A DNA stretch of 59,798 nt from the IMG/VR virus record IMGVR_UViG_3300027805_000015, positions 1 through 59,798 of that record; one strand, given 5' to 3'. Source of the DNA: a virus (Duplodnaviria > Caudoviricetes). The notes beneath the pieces were generated by a model. The model was given only the letters and a program-made list of their open reading frames with translations, searched no databases and was not told the origin of the DNA. Position 1 is the first letter of the stretch, and each line of letters begins with the position of its first letter. The position numbers were made by a program, and so were the translations under genes. Positions 1-9,323 of this stretch are shown here, piece after piece.

Positions 1-1
1 T

Positions 2-151
2 AATCCAGTATTTTTTAGACCAGCAGAAGTTGATATTCTTCTTGGAGATTCTACCTTAGCTAGAATAGAGCTTGGATGGAAGCCAAAAACTTCATTCCCT
101 GATCTAGTTAAAAAAATGGTAAATAATGATATTGCTCTACATAACAAATGA
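2..151 (+). CDS. gmd: GDP-mannose 4,6-dehydratase, C-terminal end (truncated by window edge)
   Basis: Frame 2 reads NPVFFRPAEVDILLGDSTLARIELGWKPKTSFPDLVKKMVNND, the typical Gmd C-terminus. Its stop overlaps the next start (ATGA). Confidence 0.85.
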   Translation, partial: NPVFFRPAEVDILLGDSTLARIELGWKPKTSFPDLVKKMVNNDIALHNK

Positions 152-1092
152 TCAATGAATATGTAGAGTACTGCGTTTTTAATGAGTTCGACACAAGAAG
201 GGTCAATCTTCCAAAAGACCCATCAAACTGCCATTTATTCAAAAATGAAGTTCAATTCAAAATTGAAAACGGTGTCCTTTCTGTAGAAAGAAAGGGTAGC
301 GATATCGATGAGTTTAGACTTGGATTTTTTACAAACTTTACAAATCAAGTGCTAAACTCTAAAGGTTTGCCGAGCCTTAATTTTAAAGCTATAATTTCTT
401 TAGGAGATGGGCCAGAGAATGATTCGACGGAAACCAGACTTTGTTTTGCAAGGGAGCGGCAGAGTCCCCATGTCTGTATTCCAGACCCGCACTTAGTAAA
501 GCTTCTTCACATTTGTCACGACTATCTTCCTTCGTGGGATATTCCTTTTTCTGAAAAGATAAATAAAGCATGTTTTTTTGGATCAGATACTGGAAGAAAG
601 GCCAAAGACGGCTCAATCCAAAGAATTAGATTCTGCGAACTTCATAAAGATAGCAATCTCATAGATGCAAAAATTACTGCCTTTGTTCAAGGGCCAATGC
701 ATCCTTCTGTCTACGGAAATCAAGTTAGTGTTCAAGAGCAATTAAAATATAAGTTCATATTCAATATCAACGGAAACACAACATCTTGGGAGAGGTTGAT
801 CTGGGCTATGAACTCAAATTCTATTTGTATTTTTATTAAACCACCGTCGTACCAAAATGAACTATCTTGGTACTATCATATTTTTGATATCTTTCGCCCA
901 TTTCCAGAAGTCGATGAGTTTGGCGCCGAAAACTTTCTTAGCAGCCTAGCCAAAAATAAATATCTATTAGAAGATATCAAAAATCAGCAAAAAATCTTTG
1001 GGAAAACTCTTGCCAATGTCAATCTGCATGCTCAATACTACTCCTCAGTACTGTTAAACTATCATTACCTGTACAATGGATTACTCAAATAA
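148..1092 (+). CDS. Glycosyltransferase family 90 (CAP10/POGLUT-like)
   Basis: KACFFGSDTG and QLKYKFIFNINGNTTSWERL...NS match the GT90 'YKYxxxxDGNxxSxR' motif. Confidence 0.7.
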   Translation: MINEYVEYCVFNEFDTRRVNLPKDPSNCHLFKNEVQFKIENGVLSVERKGSDIDEFRLGFFTNFTNQVLNSKGLPSLNFKAIISLGDGPENDSTETRLCFARERQSPHVCIPDPHLVKLLHICHDYLPSWDIPFSEKINKACFFGSDTGRKAKDGSIQRIRFCELHKDSNLIDAKITAFVQGPMHPSVYGNQVSVQEQLKYKFIFNINGNTTSWERLIWAMNSNSICIFIKPPSYQNELSWYYHIFDIFRPFPEVDEFGAENFLSSLAKNKYLLEDIKNQQKIFGKTLANVNLHAQYYSSVLLNYHYLYNGLLK

Positions 1093-1705
1093 AGTTCAAT
1101 TAATAGGTGTCTATGGAGACGATATGACCCATGCATGCTCTGCTTGGACCTCAACTAGCAGAGAGGTGACGGAAGAAAAGAAGGGTCGAGTTGAAAATCT
1201 TCTAAAGATGCTGGCTGACAACGGCCACCATACGCCTTTCGAAAAATCTTCTCTTCACTTTCTTATCGATACCGATATTGCATCTCATATTCATTTGATT
1301 AAGCATAGAGTTGGAGTCTCGGTAAATGGTGAATCTGCAAGATACAAAGAGCTTAAAGAGGACAAGTTTTTAGTGCCAAATGATTGGCCTGATAGCTGGA
1401 AAGAAATTTTGCAGACTCATACAGAAAGGGGACTGGATCTTTATCACAAGTGTATTAATGATTTAGTTCAGAACCATAACTTTGACCGCAAGAGGGCCAA
1501 AGAGTCAGCAAGATTTTTTAGGGGCTACAACACGCAAATCACTGCTGATGTGATGTTTAACTGGCGCTCTTTTTATCACTTTTTAAATCTTAGAAACAAG
1601 CCAGATGCCCAGAAGGAGATCCGAGAGCTTGCCGCAGAGATGCTTACGCTTGTAGCTGACACCAATAAGTTTCCACTTACCATTAAGGCTTTTGGCCTAG
1701 CTTAA
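1076..1705 (+). CDS. thyX: FAD-dependent thymidylate synthase
   Basis: GHHTPFE, KHRVGVSVNGESARY (RHR-x-S-x-SxRY variant), KESARFF, NWRSF, AQKEIR. Confidence 0.92.
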   Translation: MDYSNKVQLIGVYGDDMTHACSAWTSTSREVTEEKKGRVENLLKMLADNGHHTPFEKSSLHFLIDTDIASHIHLIKHRVGVSVNGESARYKELKEDKFLVPNDWPDSWKEILQTHTERGLDLYHKCINDLVQNHNFDRKRAKESARFFRGYNTQITADVMFNWRSFYHFLNLRNKPDAQKEIRELAAEMLTLVADTNKFPLTIKAFGLA

Positions 1706-1713
1706 TCATAATA

Positions 1714-1720
1714 GTGTAAA
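1714..1720 (+). promoter_or_regulatory. GTGTAAW putative late promoter
   Basis: Recurrent intergenic motif, here 14 nt before the GTG start. Confidence 0.55.
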
Positions 1721-1727
1721 CTATTAT

Positions 1728-2162
1728 GTGATAACTCCAGAATTAATCAGCCTGTTTGGCGGCGCCATAACAGGCTTTATATTTAGAATTATTGCGTTAA
1801 AAGCAGAGGAAAGCAAGAACCGCTTTGATCGCATGATGAGCGCGATTGATAAGCAGGACGAATCTGCTGACAAAGCGGCAAATAGAGATGCTGATTTTGG
1901 CAAGGTAATCAGACGGATGATCGTGATGTCTGTGATATTCTCTATCGTAATATCACCATTTGTGATGGCGATACTCGGAATCCCAACTTACTTAGAGGTG
2001 AGTTATCAAGATGGCGGCGGAATGTTTGGTCTACTTGCCGATAAGACTAAAACTGCTTTCGTTGAAATTTCTGGTAATTTGATTACTACTGAGATAAGGC
2101 AGTGCCTAATCGCAATTACTGGATTTTATTTCGGTTCTGCCGCAGCAGCAAATAAGTCGTAA
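1728..2162 (+). CDS. Membrane protein with about 3 TM segments, possible holin
   Basis: Three hydrophobic segments and a C-terminal GFYFGS as in 3-TM phage holins; preceded by the late-type motif. Confidence 0.45.
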   Translation: MITPELISLFGGAITGFIFRIIALKAEESKNRFDRMMSAIDKQDESADKAANRDADFGKVIRRMIVMSVIFSIVISPFVMAILGIPTYLEVSYQDGGGMFGLLADKTKTAFVEISGNLITTEIRQCLIAITGFYFGSAAAANKS

Positions 2163-2166
2163 TCTC

Positions 2167-2195
2167 TTGACAAGGGTAGCCTGATTTGCTAGGAG
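2167..2195 (+). promoter_or_regulatory. sigma70-type promoter
   Basis: TTGACA-17-TAGGAG; GTG start 35 nt from the -35 box. Confidence 0.5.
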
Positions 2196-2201
2196 TAGTT
2201 T

Positions 2202-2531
2202 GTGAAAGAAAAAATCAATCGACACAAGATTATTAAAAATCTAGTGGATGTTCCAGATCAGGCTCCAAAAGCCTTTTGGCAAAAGGAGATGGTCTTGCTC
2301 AAGAAGCTGGAAAAGCGTTTTGGTATTGACTTTTTAAATCAGTTAAAAGTCGAATCAAAGGTTCCAACCGTTGCGTTTTATTTCGCCCCTTGGAAGCTTA
2401 AACTGCTTGAAATCGAGTTCAAGGAGTATTACTATAATCACCTTCACAAAGAAGATCTTGCCAGTGAGCAAAAGATTGGCAAAGACGCAAAGGTATCCCG
2501 CAAGAAAACAATCAAAGAATTTTTAACATGA
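2202..2531 (+). CDS. Hypothetical protein
   Basis: ORF coupled to recA by an ATGA overlap. Confidence 0.6.
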   Translation: MKEKINRHKIIKNLVDVPDQAPKAFWQKEMVLLKKLEKRFGIDFLNQLKVESKVPTVAFYFAPWKLKLLEIEFKEYYYNHLHKEDLASEQKIGKDAKVSRKKTIKEFLT

Positions 2532-3688
2532 GCCGTAAACCAAAAGAAGAAGAAAAGCAAGACGCCGTATCATCCAAGAGTGTTCTTGGCTCCTTTCTAA
2601 AGGAAAAGAAGGAAGATCATTATAATTTTGAAGAGGCTGTAAACTATCGAGTTTCCACGGGCTCTTTGAATATGGACATGCAAACTGGCGGCGGTCTCGG
2701 ACCGGGTTTGCATAGATTCGTAGGCTTTACCGAAGGTGGTAAAACATCTGCATCCCTTGAGGTAATGAAGAACTTCCTCAACACAGTGCCAAACTCAAAA
2801 GGCTTTTACATTAAAGCTGAAGGACGGCTCTCAGACGAGATGAGAATTCGCTCTGGCGTAAAGTTCGTGTTTGATGCTGATGAATGGGAGGCTGGAACTT
2901 GCTTTGTTTTTGAGTCTAATATCTATGAGACTGTAGTAGATGCGATGCGAAAGCTGATCATGTACAACGAGGAAAAGAACAAGTATATGTTTATTATTGA
3001 TTCTGTAGATGGGCTTATCGCCAAAAACGATCTAGATAAGACTTTTGAGGAATCAACTAAGGTTGCTGGTGGAGCAGTCATTGCCGCCAATCTTATGAAA
3101 AAGATCTCTATTGCCCTTACAAAGAGGGGTCATATGGCAATATTTATCTCTCAAGTAAGAAGCGATATCAAGCTTGACCCCTATAGCTCTGCGCCAATTC
3201 GTCAAACTTCTGCAACTGGCGGTAACGCCCTACTGCACTTCGCTAACTTTATCTTTGAGTTTGAGCCTCGATTTGAAGGAGACATCATTCTAAAAGATCC
3301 TGCAATTAAAAAAGCAGACGCAGTAAAGAATCCAATCATTGGTCACTACTGCAAGATTTATATCAAGAAGAGTCCAAATGAAAAGAGTAAAAATCGCGTT
3401 TCTTATCCTATCAAATACGGAAGAAAAGATGGTCGCTCTGTTTGGCTAGAAAAAGAAATCGTTGATATGCTAATGACTTGGGAGCTTGTTTCCCGTTCTG
3501 GTGCTTGGTACTATACGTCTGACGAACTGCGAGAGCTTGCCAAAAAGTCAGGTACAGAGCTTCCAGAGAAGTTCCAAGGCGAAAATGCAGTTTTCCAATT
3601 CATCGAAAACGACGAAAAGCTCACAAAGACACTTCACAAATACTTTGTGGATATGATCGTTGGCAAAGATGAAATTCAAAACACTTAA
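2528..3688 (+). CDS. recA: RecA/UvsX-like recombinase
   Basis: STGSLNMD, Walker A GFTEGGKT, IIDSV Walker B, FISQVR, TGGNALLH, SGAWY. Confidence 0.9.
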   Translation: MSRKPKEEEKQDAVSSKSVLGSFLKEKKEDHYNFEEAVNYRVSTGSLNMDMQTGGGLGPGLHRFVGFTEGGKTSASLEVMKNFLNTVPNSKGFYIKAEGRLSDEMRIRSGVKFVFDADEWEAGTCFVFESNIYETVVDAMRKLIMYNEEKNKYMFIIDSVDGLIAKNDLDKTFEESTKVAGGAVIAANLMKKISIALTKRGHMAIFISQVRSDIKLDPYSSAPIRQTSATGGNALLHFANFIFEFEPRFEGDIILKDPAIKKADAVKNPIIGHYCKIYIKKSPNEKSKNRVSYPIKYGRKDGRSVWLEKEIVDMLMTWELVSRSGAWYYTSDELRELAKKSGTELPEKFQGENAVFQFIENDEKLTKTLHKYFVDMIVGKDEIQNT

Positions 3689-4079
3689 TGGCAAAGAGCG
3701 CTTCCTGCGAAACGCGAGGAAGTATGCTATAAATTGGGAAGCCAAGTCCAAAAGCAATATACAGAGAGCCGTAAAGGAATTTCTTTACCCTTACTGGCAT
3801 AGGGATATCGTGTTTGAGGAACTCAGAATTGTAGGAACAAGACTGTCATTAGACATTTATAATGCAAATAAAAAGATTGCCGTAGAAGTTCAAGGCAGGC
3901 AGCATCAGACATACAACCCATACTTTCACGGCAATGATCGCAGAAACTGGCTTTCCCAGCTAAAAAGGGACGACTTAAAGCTCAATTTCTGCTTGACAAA
4001 CGGGATAGCTCTGGTAGAAATCTACGAGACAGATCCCATCTGCAAAGAAACGTTCGAAAAACAAGGCATCATACTCTGA
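3669..4079 (+). CDS. PD-(D/E)XK endonuclease (DUF559/Vsr-like)
   Basis: LSLDIY...IAVEVQGRQH...RDDLK pattern. Confidence 0.65.
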   Translation: MKFKTLNGKERFLRNARKYAINWEAKSKSNIQRAVKEFLYPYWHRDIVFEELRIVGTRLSLDIYNANKKIAVEVQGRQHQTYNPYFHGNDRRNWLSQLKRDDLKLNFCLTNGIALVEIYETDPICKETFEKQGIIL

Positions 4080-4336
4080 TGAAAAAATCTAACAAGGAAC
4101 TTCCAGAAGAAGAGAAAGACTTTCTTTTCCCAACAGAACTCGTAGAACAGATCTACGAGCTTTCTGGAAATGCGGAAAGCCACAAAGGAGTTATTCTCTG
4201 TGTTCTTTCCCCTAAAGGCGTACCGCAAATTTATTCAAGATACGACTCTATCGTTACTTCTCTTGGTATGCAAAAAGCCCTTGACAAGTGGCTTGATCAA
4301 GAAGAAGAAAAGCTAGATACAAGTGGCGAAGAATAA
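4079..4336 (+). CDS. Hypothetical protein
   Basis: ORF tightly packed in the replication operon. Confidence 0.6.
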   Translation: MKKSNKELPEEEKDFLFPTELVEQIYELSGNAESHKGVILCVLSPKGVPQIYSRYDSIVTSLGMQKALDKWLDQEEEKLDTSGEE

Positions 4337-4338
4337 AA

Positions 4339-5859
4339 ATGCTTTACTCACTAGAAGTTGAGCGCCAGTTTTTAGCTGGCCTAATTCAGCATTCTGAAGC
4401 ATACGCAGAGATCTGCGACTTTATTTCAGAAGCCGATTTCTATTCTGATGATACAGTTGTTCACAAGACAATTTACCATATTATTAGAAAATGCATTGAG
4501 GCTAATGAAAAGGTCGATGAGATAATTATTGCCCAAAGAATCAAAGAGATAGGAATCTCTTTCAAAGATAATATTGATATCTTTGATTATCTCAGGTCTC
4601 TCGCTATTAGAAAGACAAACAAGAATACCGCCGTTTCCGCTGCCAAAGAAATCAAAAGATATTCTATCAGAAGAGCCATCCACTCTTCTGCTCTGGATGT
4701 GGCAGACAAGATGAAGAAGATCGCGCCAGACTCTTCTTATCAAAAAATTATTGAAGAAGCTGATGGAGCTTTTAATAAAATAATTAATATTTACGAAAAC
4801 AATGAAGAAAAACCTATCAATATCTTCGATGAGATGGAAAGTGTCATCGAGGAGCGAGGAAACAATCCAATCACTGAGTTTGGATTTATGGGTCCGTTTC
4901 CAACCGTTAATAAGATTTACGGTTCACTTCTCCGACCAGGCAATATTACCGTCATTGTCGCTAGGTCTGGCGTAGGCAAGACCCTTCTTGCCCTTAATTA
5001 TACTACAAAGGTTTCGGCGCAGTATGATGTGCCAGTTCTGCATTTCGACAATGGAGAGATGAGCAAGGAAGAGGTTATTATGCGCCAATGCGCCGCATTG
5101 AGCCATGTTCCTATGCACTTGCTGGAAACAGGGCTTTGGCGTAAAGCTGGTGAGGATGTGGTTCAAAGAGTTCGCTCAACTTGGGCTAAGATCAAGAATC
5201 TTAAGTTTTATTATTATAATGTCGGTGGTATGACTACCGATCAAATGATTAACAATCTTAAGCGTTTTTATTATTCAAAGATTGGCAGGGGCAATCCATT
5301 GATCTTTAGCTTTGATTACATCAAGCCTTCCGCAGACGCTGAGAGCGGAAAGCCAGAATGGCAAGTCATTGGCGATATGTTAAATAGATTTAAAAAGACT
5401 ATTCAGCGAGATATCGTTCAAGATCAAAAGCCGATGATCACGATGTTCACTTCTATTCAATCAAATAGAAGCGGAATCACCACAAACCGAAATTCTGACG
5501 CGATCAATGACGATGAGGGCATCGTCTCAATGTCGGATAGAATTACGCATTATTGCTCGCATATGGCTATTCTACGGCCTAAGACTGCGGATGAGAGACA
5601 GGAAGAAGGCGCTATGTTTGGTTCTCACAAGCTAATCTTCGTCAAGAACCGCTTCCTTGGATCAGATGTGGCGGGGGCTGTCGAACTTGTCAGAATGCAA
5701 GACGGAACCTTGAAGAAGAACTTCATTAATCTTCAATTTGAGAATTTCGACATTAAGGAGCGAGGCGACCTAAGAGATATCGTAAATCAAGCGGATACTG
5801 GAGGAACAACACTGGAGCGTGCAAATGAGCAGGATGATGTCCCAGACTTCAACAATTGA
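4339..5859 (+). CDS. dnaB: Replicative DNA helicase
   Basis: N-terminal SLEVERQFLAGL domain, Walker A ARSGVGKT, GEMS, FDYI, QSNR, KNR. Confidence 0.9.
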   Translation: MLYSLEVERQFLAGLIQHSEAYAEICDFISEADFYSDDTVVHKTIYHIIRKCIEANEKVDEIIIAQRIKEIGISFKDNIDIFDYLRSLAIRKTNKNTAVSAAKEIKRYSIRRAIHSSALDVADKMKKIAPDSSYQKIIEEADGAFNKIINIYENNEEKPINIFDEMESVIEERGNNPITEFGFMGPFPTVNKIYGSLLRPGNITVIVARSGVGKTLLALNYTTKVSAQYDVPVLHFDNGEMSKEEVIMRQCAALSHVPMHLLETGLWRKAGEDVVQRVRSTWAKIKNLKFYYYNVGGMTTDQMINNLKRFYYSKIGRGNPLIFSFDYIKPSADAESGKPEWQVIGDMLNRFKKTIQRDIVQDQKPMITMFTSIQSNRSGITTNRNSDAINDDEGIVSMSDRITHYCSHMAILRPKTADERQEEGAMFGSHKLIFVKNRFLGSDVAGAVELVRMQDGTLKKNFINLQFENFDIKERGDLRDIVNQADTGGTTLERANEQDDVPDFNN

Positions 5860-6919
5860 CCCAACTGTTCTTAAATCTTCTCTTGAATCCTTGGGATATC
5901 AATTGAAAGATTATGGCAACTATTGGAGAACTAGAGCTATTTATCGCGGTGGAGATAACTCCACGGCTTTAAAGATCTATAAAAATAGCGGAGTATGGAC
6001 AGACTTTGCCGAGACAAGCTCAAAAAGCTATCCGTTTCAAAGGCTCGTCGAATTGACTTTAGATACCAAGGACTCGCATATTGTAAATAAATATGTAAAA
6101 TTTGATCCACAGAATATTATTCATGTCGAGATAAAGGAAAAGATCGAAATGGAAAAGATATACCCAGAGGACATACTCAACAATCTTTTGCCAGAGCTTT
6201 CTTTTTATCAGAAAAAGTATATCAGCGACGATACGTTAAATTTTTATAAGTGCGGATATGCAACCTCTGGACAGCTTTTTCGCCGTATAGTTTTTCCGAT
6301 CTATAATCAGTTTGGGCAGATTCACGGCTTTTCTGGAAGAGCAGTCTTCTGGGATAAAAGTTCAGAGTATCCAAAATGGAAGCATATCGGTAAACGTGCT
6401 GATTGGGTCTACCCTCTCTACATCAAGAGAAACGGGCGTGAAGAGATCAGAGAAGGCATCGAAAAGGAAAAGAGCGTTATTATTGTAGAAAGCGTTGGTG
6501 ACAGCATGGCCCTCTTTGAAAGAGGTTTCAAAAACACGATTGTTACCTTTGGTCTTGGAATCTCATCTAAGATATGCTCTGCTCTAGTTGCTCTTGATCC
6601 AGATAAAATCATTATCGCTTCAAATAATGACCATGAAGGCGATATTAATCACGGGCTAGTTTCTGCCTGCAAAAGCTATCTTCAGCTATGCTCGATCTTT
6701 GATCCAGTTAAACTTGAGATTAGGCTCCCTATTAAAAATGACTTTTTTGACATGCATGCTTGCGAGTCAGAAGGCGAAGCTGGTCTTTTCTCACAGTGGG
6801 TTGACAAGCGTGTGAATGCCAAGCTACAGTCAGAAAGCATTCATAAAATCGCAGTAGAAAATAAGTTCTCAGATACCCTTATCGAAAGAGCTTCTAAACT
6901 TACAGAAGATTTTGTCTGA
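5837..6919 (+). CDS. dnaG: DnaG-type primase
   Basis: RIVFPIYN...GFSGRA, PKWKH, Toprim IIVESVGD and NNDHEG; follows dnaB. Confidence 0.82.
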   Translation: MSQTSTIDPTVLKSSLESLGYQLKDYGNYWRTRAIYRGGDNSTALKIYKNSGVWTDFAETSSKSYPFQRLVELTLDTKDSHIVNKYVKFDPQNIIHVEIKEKIEMEKIYPEDILNNLLPELSFYQKKYISDDTLNFYKCGYATSGQLFRRIVFPIYNQFGQIHGFSGRAVFWDKSSEYPKWKHIGKRADWVYPLYIKRNGREEIREGIEKEKSVIIVESVGDSMALFERGFKNTIVTFGLGISSKICSALVALDPDKIIIASNNDHEGDINHGLVSACKSYLQLCSIFDPVKLEIRLPIKNDFFDMHACESEGEAGLFSQWVDKRVNAKLQSESIHKIAVENKFSDTLIERASKLTEDFV

Positions 6920-7943
6920 GAATAAACACACCGCCCTCTCTGCTAGCAGAATAAAGACCCTAGAAAAATGTAGCTGGTCTTATTGGTGCAGCTATGTGTT
7001 AAAGCTCCCAGAGAAGAGTAACGATGGTGCTAATAGAGGCAACGTCGTTCACTTTACTTTGGACGTTTTAGCAAAAGCGAAAAGAAAGCATTACGTCCAA
7101 ACTATTCTAAAAGAAAAAGACGTATTTGTTATTCCTTCGGTTCGTAAGTTGATGCTCAGACACGCTAGAGATCATCGCGTATCAGATCCTGATAATATTG
7201 AGATGATCAAGCAGATGACCCTGACCGCATTAGAGTACGACTTCTGGGGCGATTCTAAACTAAAGCCTGTTAAAGATATCGGAGAAAGAGATTTTGACAT
7301 CACCGTAAATAAGGGCAAAAAGAATTATAGAATCAAAGGTTTTATCGATAGGCAGTTTATTTACGAAGACTTTACTTCTGTTGTCCGTGATTACAAAACG
7401 AGTAAGGCGGTATTTGCGGGCAAGGACGCAGAGGATAACTTGCAGCATCTGATGTATACCCTTGCTACAAAAAAACTCGATCCAGAGCACAACGTGTCGA
7501 TGGAATTCTTGTTTTTAAAGTTTTCTCTTAAGGATAAAGGCAAGGGAAGCGGCCTTCTGAGAATGGACCCGTTGTCTAAAAAAGATCTTACTGATTTTGA
7601 GAACCATCTTACAGAAGTGCAAAAGGTGGTTGATAACTTTAGCGAGGCAGATGCTTATTCAAATTTTGCTGCGGATAAGCCTATGCCCTCAGATGGCTCC
7701 TTTACTGGAAAGCTCTCATGCGGCTTTGCGAAATACAAGGGCCAGCTAAAGAAGGACGGCAACCCAATGTGGCATTGCCCTTTTAAATTTGGTTTTAATT
7801 ACTACGCTCTTAGAGACAAGGATAATAAGATTATCAAAACGTTTCTTGAAGATGATAAGGACGAAGCCTTTAAGTTAGCAAAGGCTGAACAAAAAGTTAC
7901 CAAAGAAACGTATCTTGGGTGTCCAAAGCACTTGACATCCTAG
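6912..7943 (+). CDS. RecB/AddB-family PD-(D/E)XK exonuclease
   Basis: LSASRIKTLEKC, GNVVH, KGFIDR, VRDYKTS, QHLMY and C-terminal Cys residues. Confidence 0.8.
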   Translation: MSENKHTALSASRIKTLEKCSWSYWCSYVLKLPEKSNDGANRGNVVHFTLDVLAKAKRKHYVQTILKEKDVFVIPSVRKLMLRHARDHRVSDPDNIEMIKQMTLTALEYDFWGDSKLKPVKDIGERDFDITVNKGKKNYRIKGFIDRQFIYEDFTSVVRDYKTSKAVFAGKDAEDNLQHLMYTLATKKLDPEHNVSMEFLFLKFSLKDKGKGSGLLRMDPLSKKDLTDFENHLTEVQKVVDNFSEADAYSNFAADKPMPSDGSFTGKLSCGFAKYKGQLKKDGNPMWHCPFKFGFNYYALRDKDNKIIKTFLEDDKDEAFKLAKAEQKVTKETYLGCPKHLTS

Positions 7944-7959
7944 CCATCCTTGGTAGGAT
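7932..7959 (+). promoter_or_regulatory. sigma70-type promoter
   Basis: TTGACA-16-TAGGAT with a TG extension; ATG 34 nt from the -35 box. Confidence 0.55.
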
Positions 7960-7965
7960 AGTGGT

Positions 7966-8700
7966 ATGATTCCACTATTCAAGTCCCACTTTTCTATCGG
8001 GAAAAGCATCTTGACTCTGGCAGAACCAGAAAAGCAAAAGAAAGATGGGCCAGACAGCATCCTATCCTTAGCTTTAGACAACGGGCTAAAGGAGCTTTAT
8101 CTTGTAGAGGATTCTCTTACAGGATTTTTGACAGCATTTAAAATCTGTCAAAAGTATGATCTGTCACTAAGGTTTGGGCTTAGAATCAGTATCTGTAATG
8201 ATTACCAGTCGATTGAATCTTCAAAAAGCAAGCTTGTATTGTTTGCCTTAAATGATCAAGGGTTCAAAGATATCAATAAAATCTACACCTTTGCTCATAC
8301 AAAAAATGACGGCTTAATCTCTAACGACGATCTAACATCTAGATTGAATCCAAACATCTTTGTTTGCGTCCCATTTTACGATTCTTATGTTTGGAATAAT
8401 TATCATTATTTTAATAATTGCACTCCATTTTTTCTGGATAACCTCGATCACGCTTACTTCACGGAAAATAATAAACTTCCTTTTGACCAGATTATTTCGA
8501 AGATAATCGAATCAAAGGGAAAGGAGATCATGCCTGTCAAGTCAATCTATTATAAAAATAGAGAAGATTACGAGGCATGGATTACTTATAAGATAGCTTG
8601 CAGTGGAACAATGGGAAGAAGCCGCACTTTATCGGCACCAGATCTAAGCGACTGTGGTAGTAAAGAATTCTGTTTTCAATCTTGGAAGGAGTCTTCATGA
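7966..8700 (+). CDS. Stand-alone PHP domain of DNA polymerase III alpha
   Basis: FKSHFSIGKSIL...LVEDSLTGF...FGLRI...LVLFALNDQGFKDI parallels the DnaE N-terminal PHP domain; metal ligands appear degenerate. Confidence 0.75.
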   Translation: MIPLFKSHFSIGKSILTLAEPEKQKKDGPDSILSLALDNGLKELYLVEDSLTGFLTAFKICQKYDLSLRFGLRISICNDYQSIESSKSKLVLFALNDQGFKDINKIYTFAHTKNDGLISNDDLTSRLNPNIFVCVPFYDSYVWNNYHYFNNCTPFFLDNLDHAYFTENNKLPFDQIISKIIESKGKEIMPVKSIYYKNREDYEAWITYKIACSGTMGRSRTLSAPDLSDCGSKEFCFQSWKESS

Positions 8701-9323
8701 ATAGTCTTTTAAGACAAAATCTAAATCAGAAGTTCGTTGTTTTTGACACAGAGACAGAAGGGCTGTCTTTGACAGACTCTCGTCCTTGGCAGCTTTCTTG
8801 GATCGTCTGCAAAGGCGAAGAGATTCTAGAGCAGTACGATGAATTCGTTCTATATCCAGACTTGAACGTTTCTGCGGATGCAGCCAGAATCACTGGCTTC
8901 AATTACGACACTTATCGCAGCAAAGCAAAGCCTCCTATCGAAGTCTGGAAAACTTTTGCTAATTATTTGTACAATGAAAACTATATTCTCGTTGGACAGA
9001 ACATTTTGAATTACGATATTTATATTTTGAATACCATGATGAGAACGATTGGTATCCAGAACAACTGGAGCTTTTTGCCAAGAATGATTGACACTAGGGC
9101 ACTTGCCACCGCAATGTTCAAGGACATCAAGCTATCTGGAGATAGACTTTCTTGGCAAATGAAGCTAATGCATTTTAGAGAAAAGGGACTAAAAACCAAC
9201 CAAGCTTTTCTTCTAAAGCATTTTGGGATTGATCACGATCCATCGAAACTGCACAATGCGTTATATGACATCACGATGAATTATAAGATTTTCCGTAAGC
9301 TGATCATGGGAGTAGAGCTATGA
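8697..9323 (+). CDS. DEDDh 3'-5' exonuclease (DnaQ/epsilon-like)
   Basis: FDTETEGL, GQNILNYD, IDT, HNALYD. Confidence 0.85.
   Translation: MNSLLRQNLNQKFVVFDTETEGLSLTDSRPWQLSWIVCKGEEILEQYDEFVLYPDLNVSADAARITGFNYDTYRSKAKPPIEVWKTFANYLYNENYILVGQNILNYDIYILNTMMRTIGIQNNWSFLPRMIDTRALATAMFKDIKLSGDRLSWQMKLMHFREKGLKTNQAFLLKHFGIDHDPSKLHNALYDITMNYKIFRKLIMGVEL

Noticed and set aside
6912-7943. Cas4 / CRISPR system
   Set aside because: The nuclease is RecB-family and sits in the replication operon; I saw no repeat-spacer array or other cas genes.
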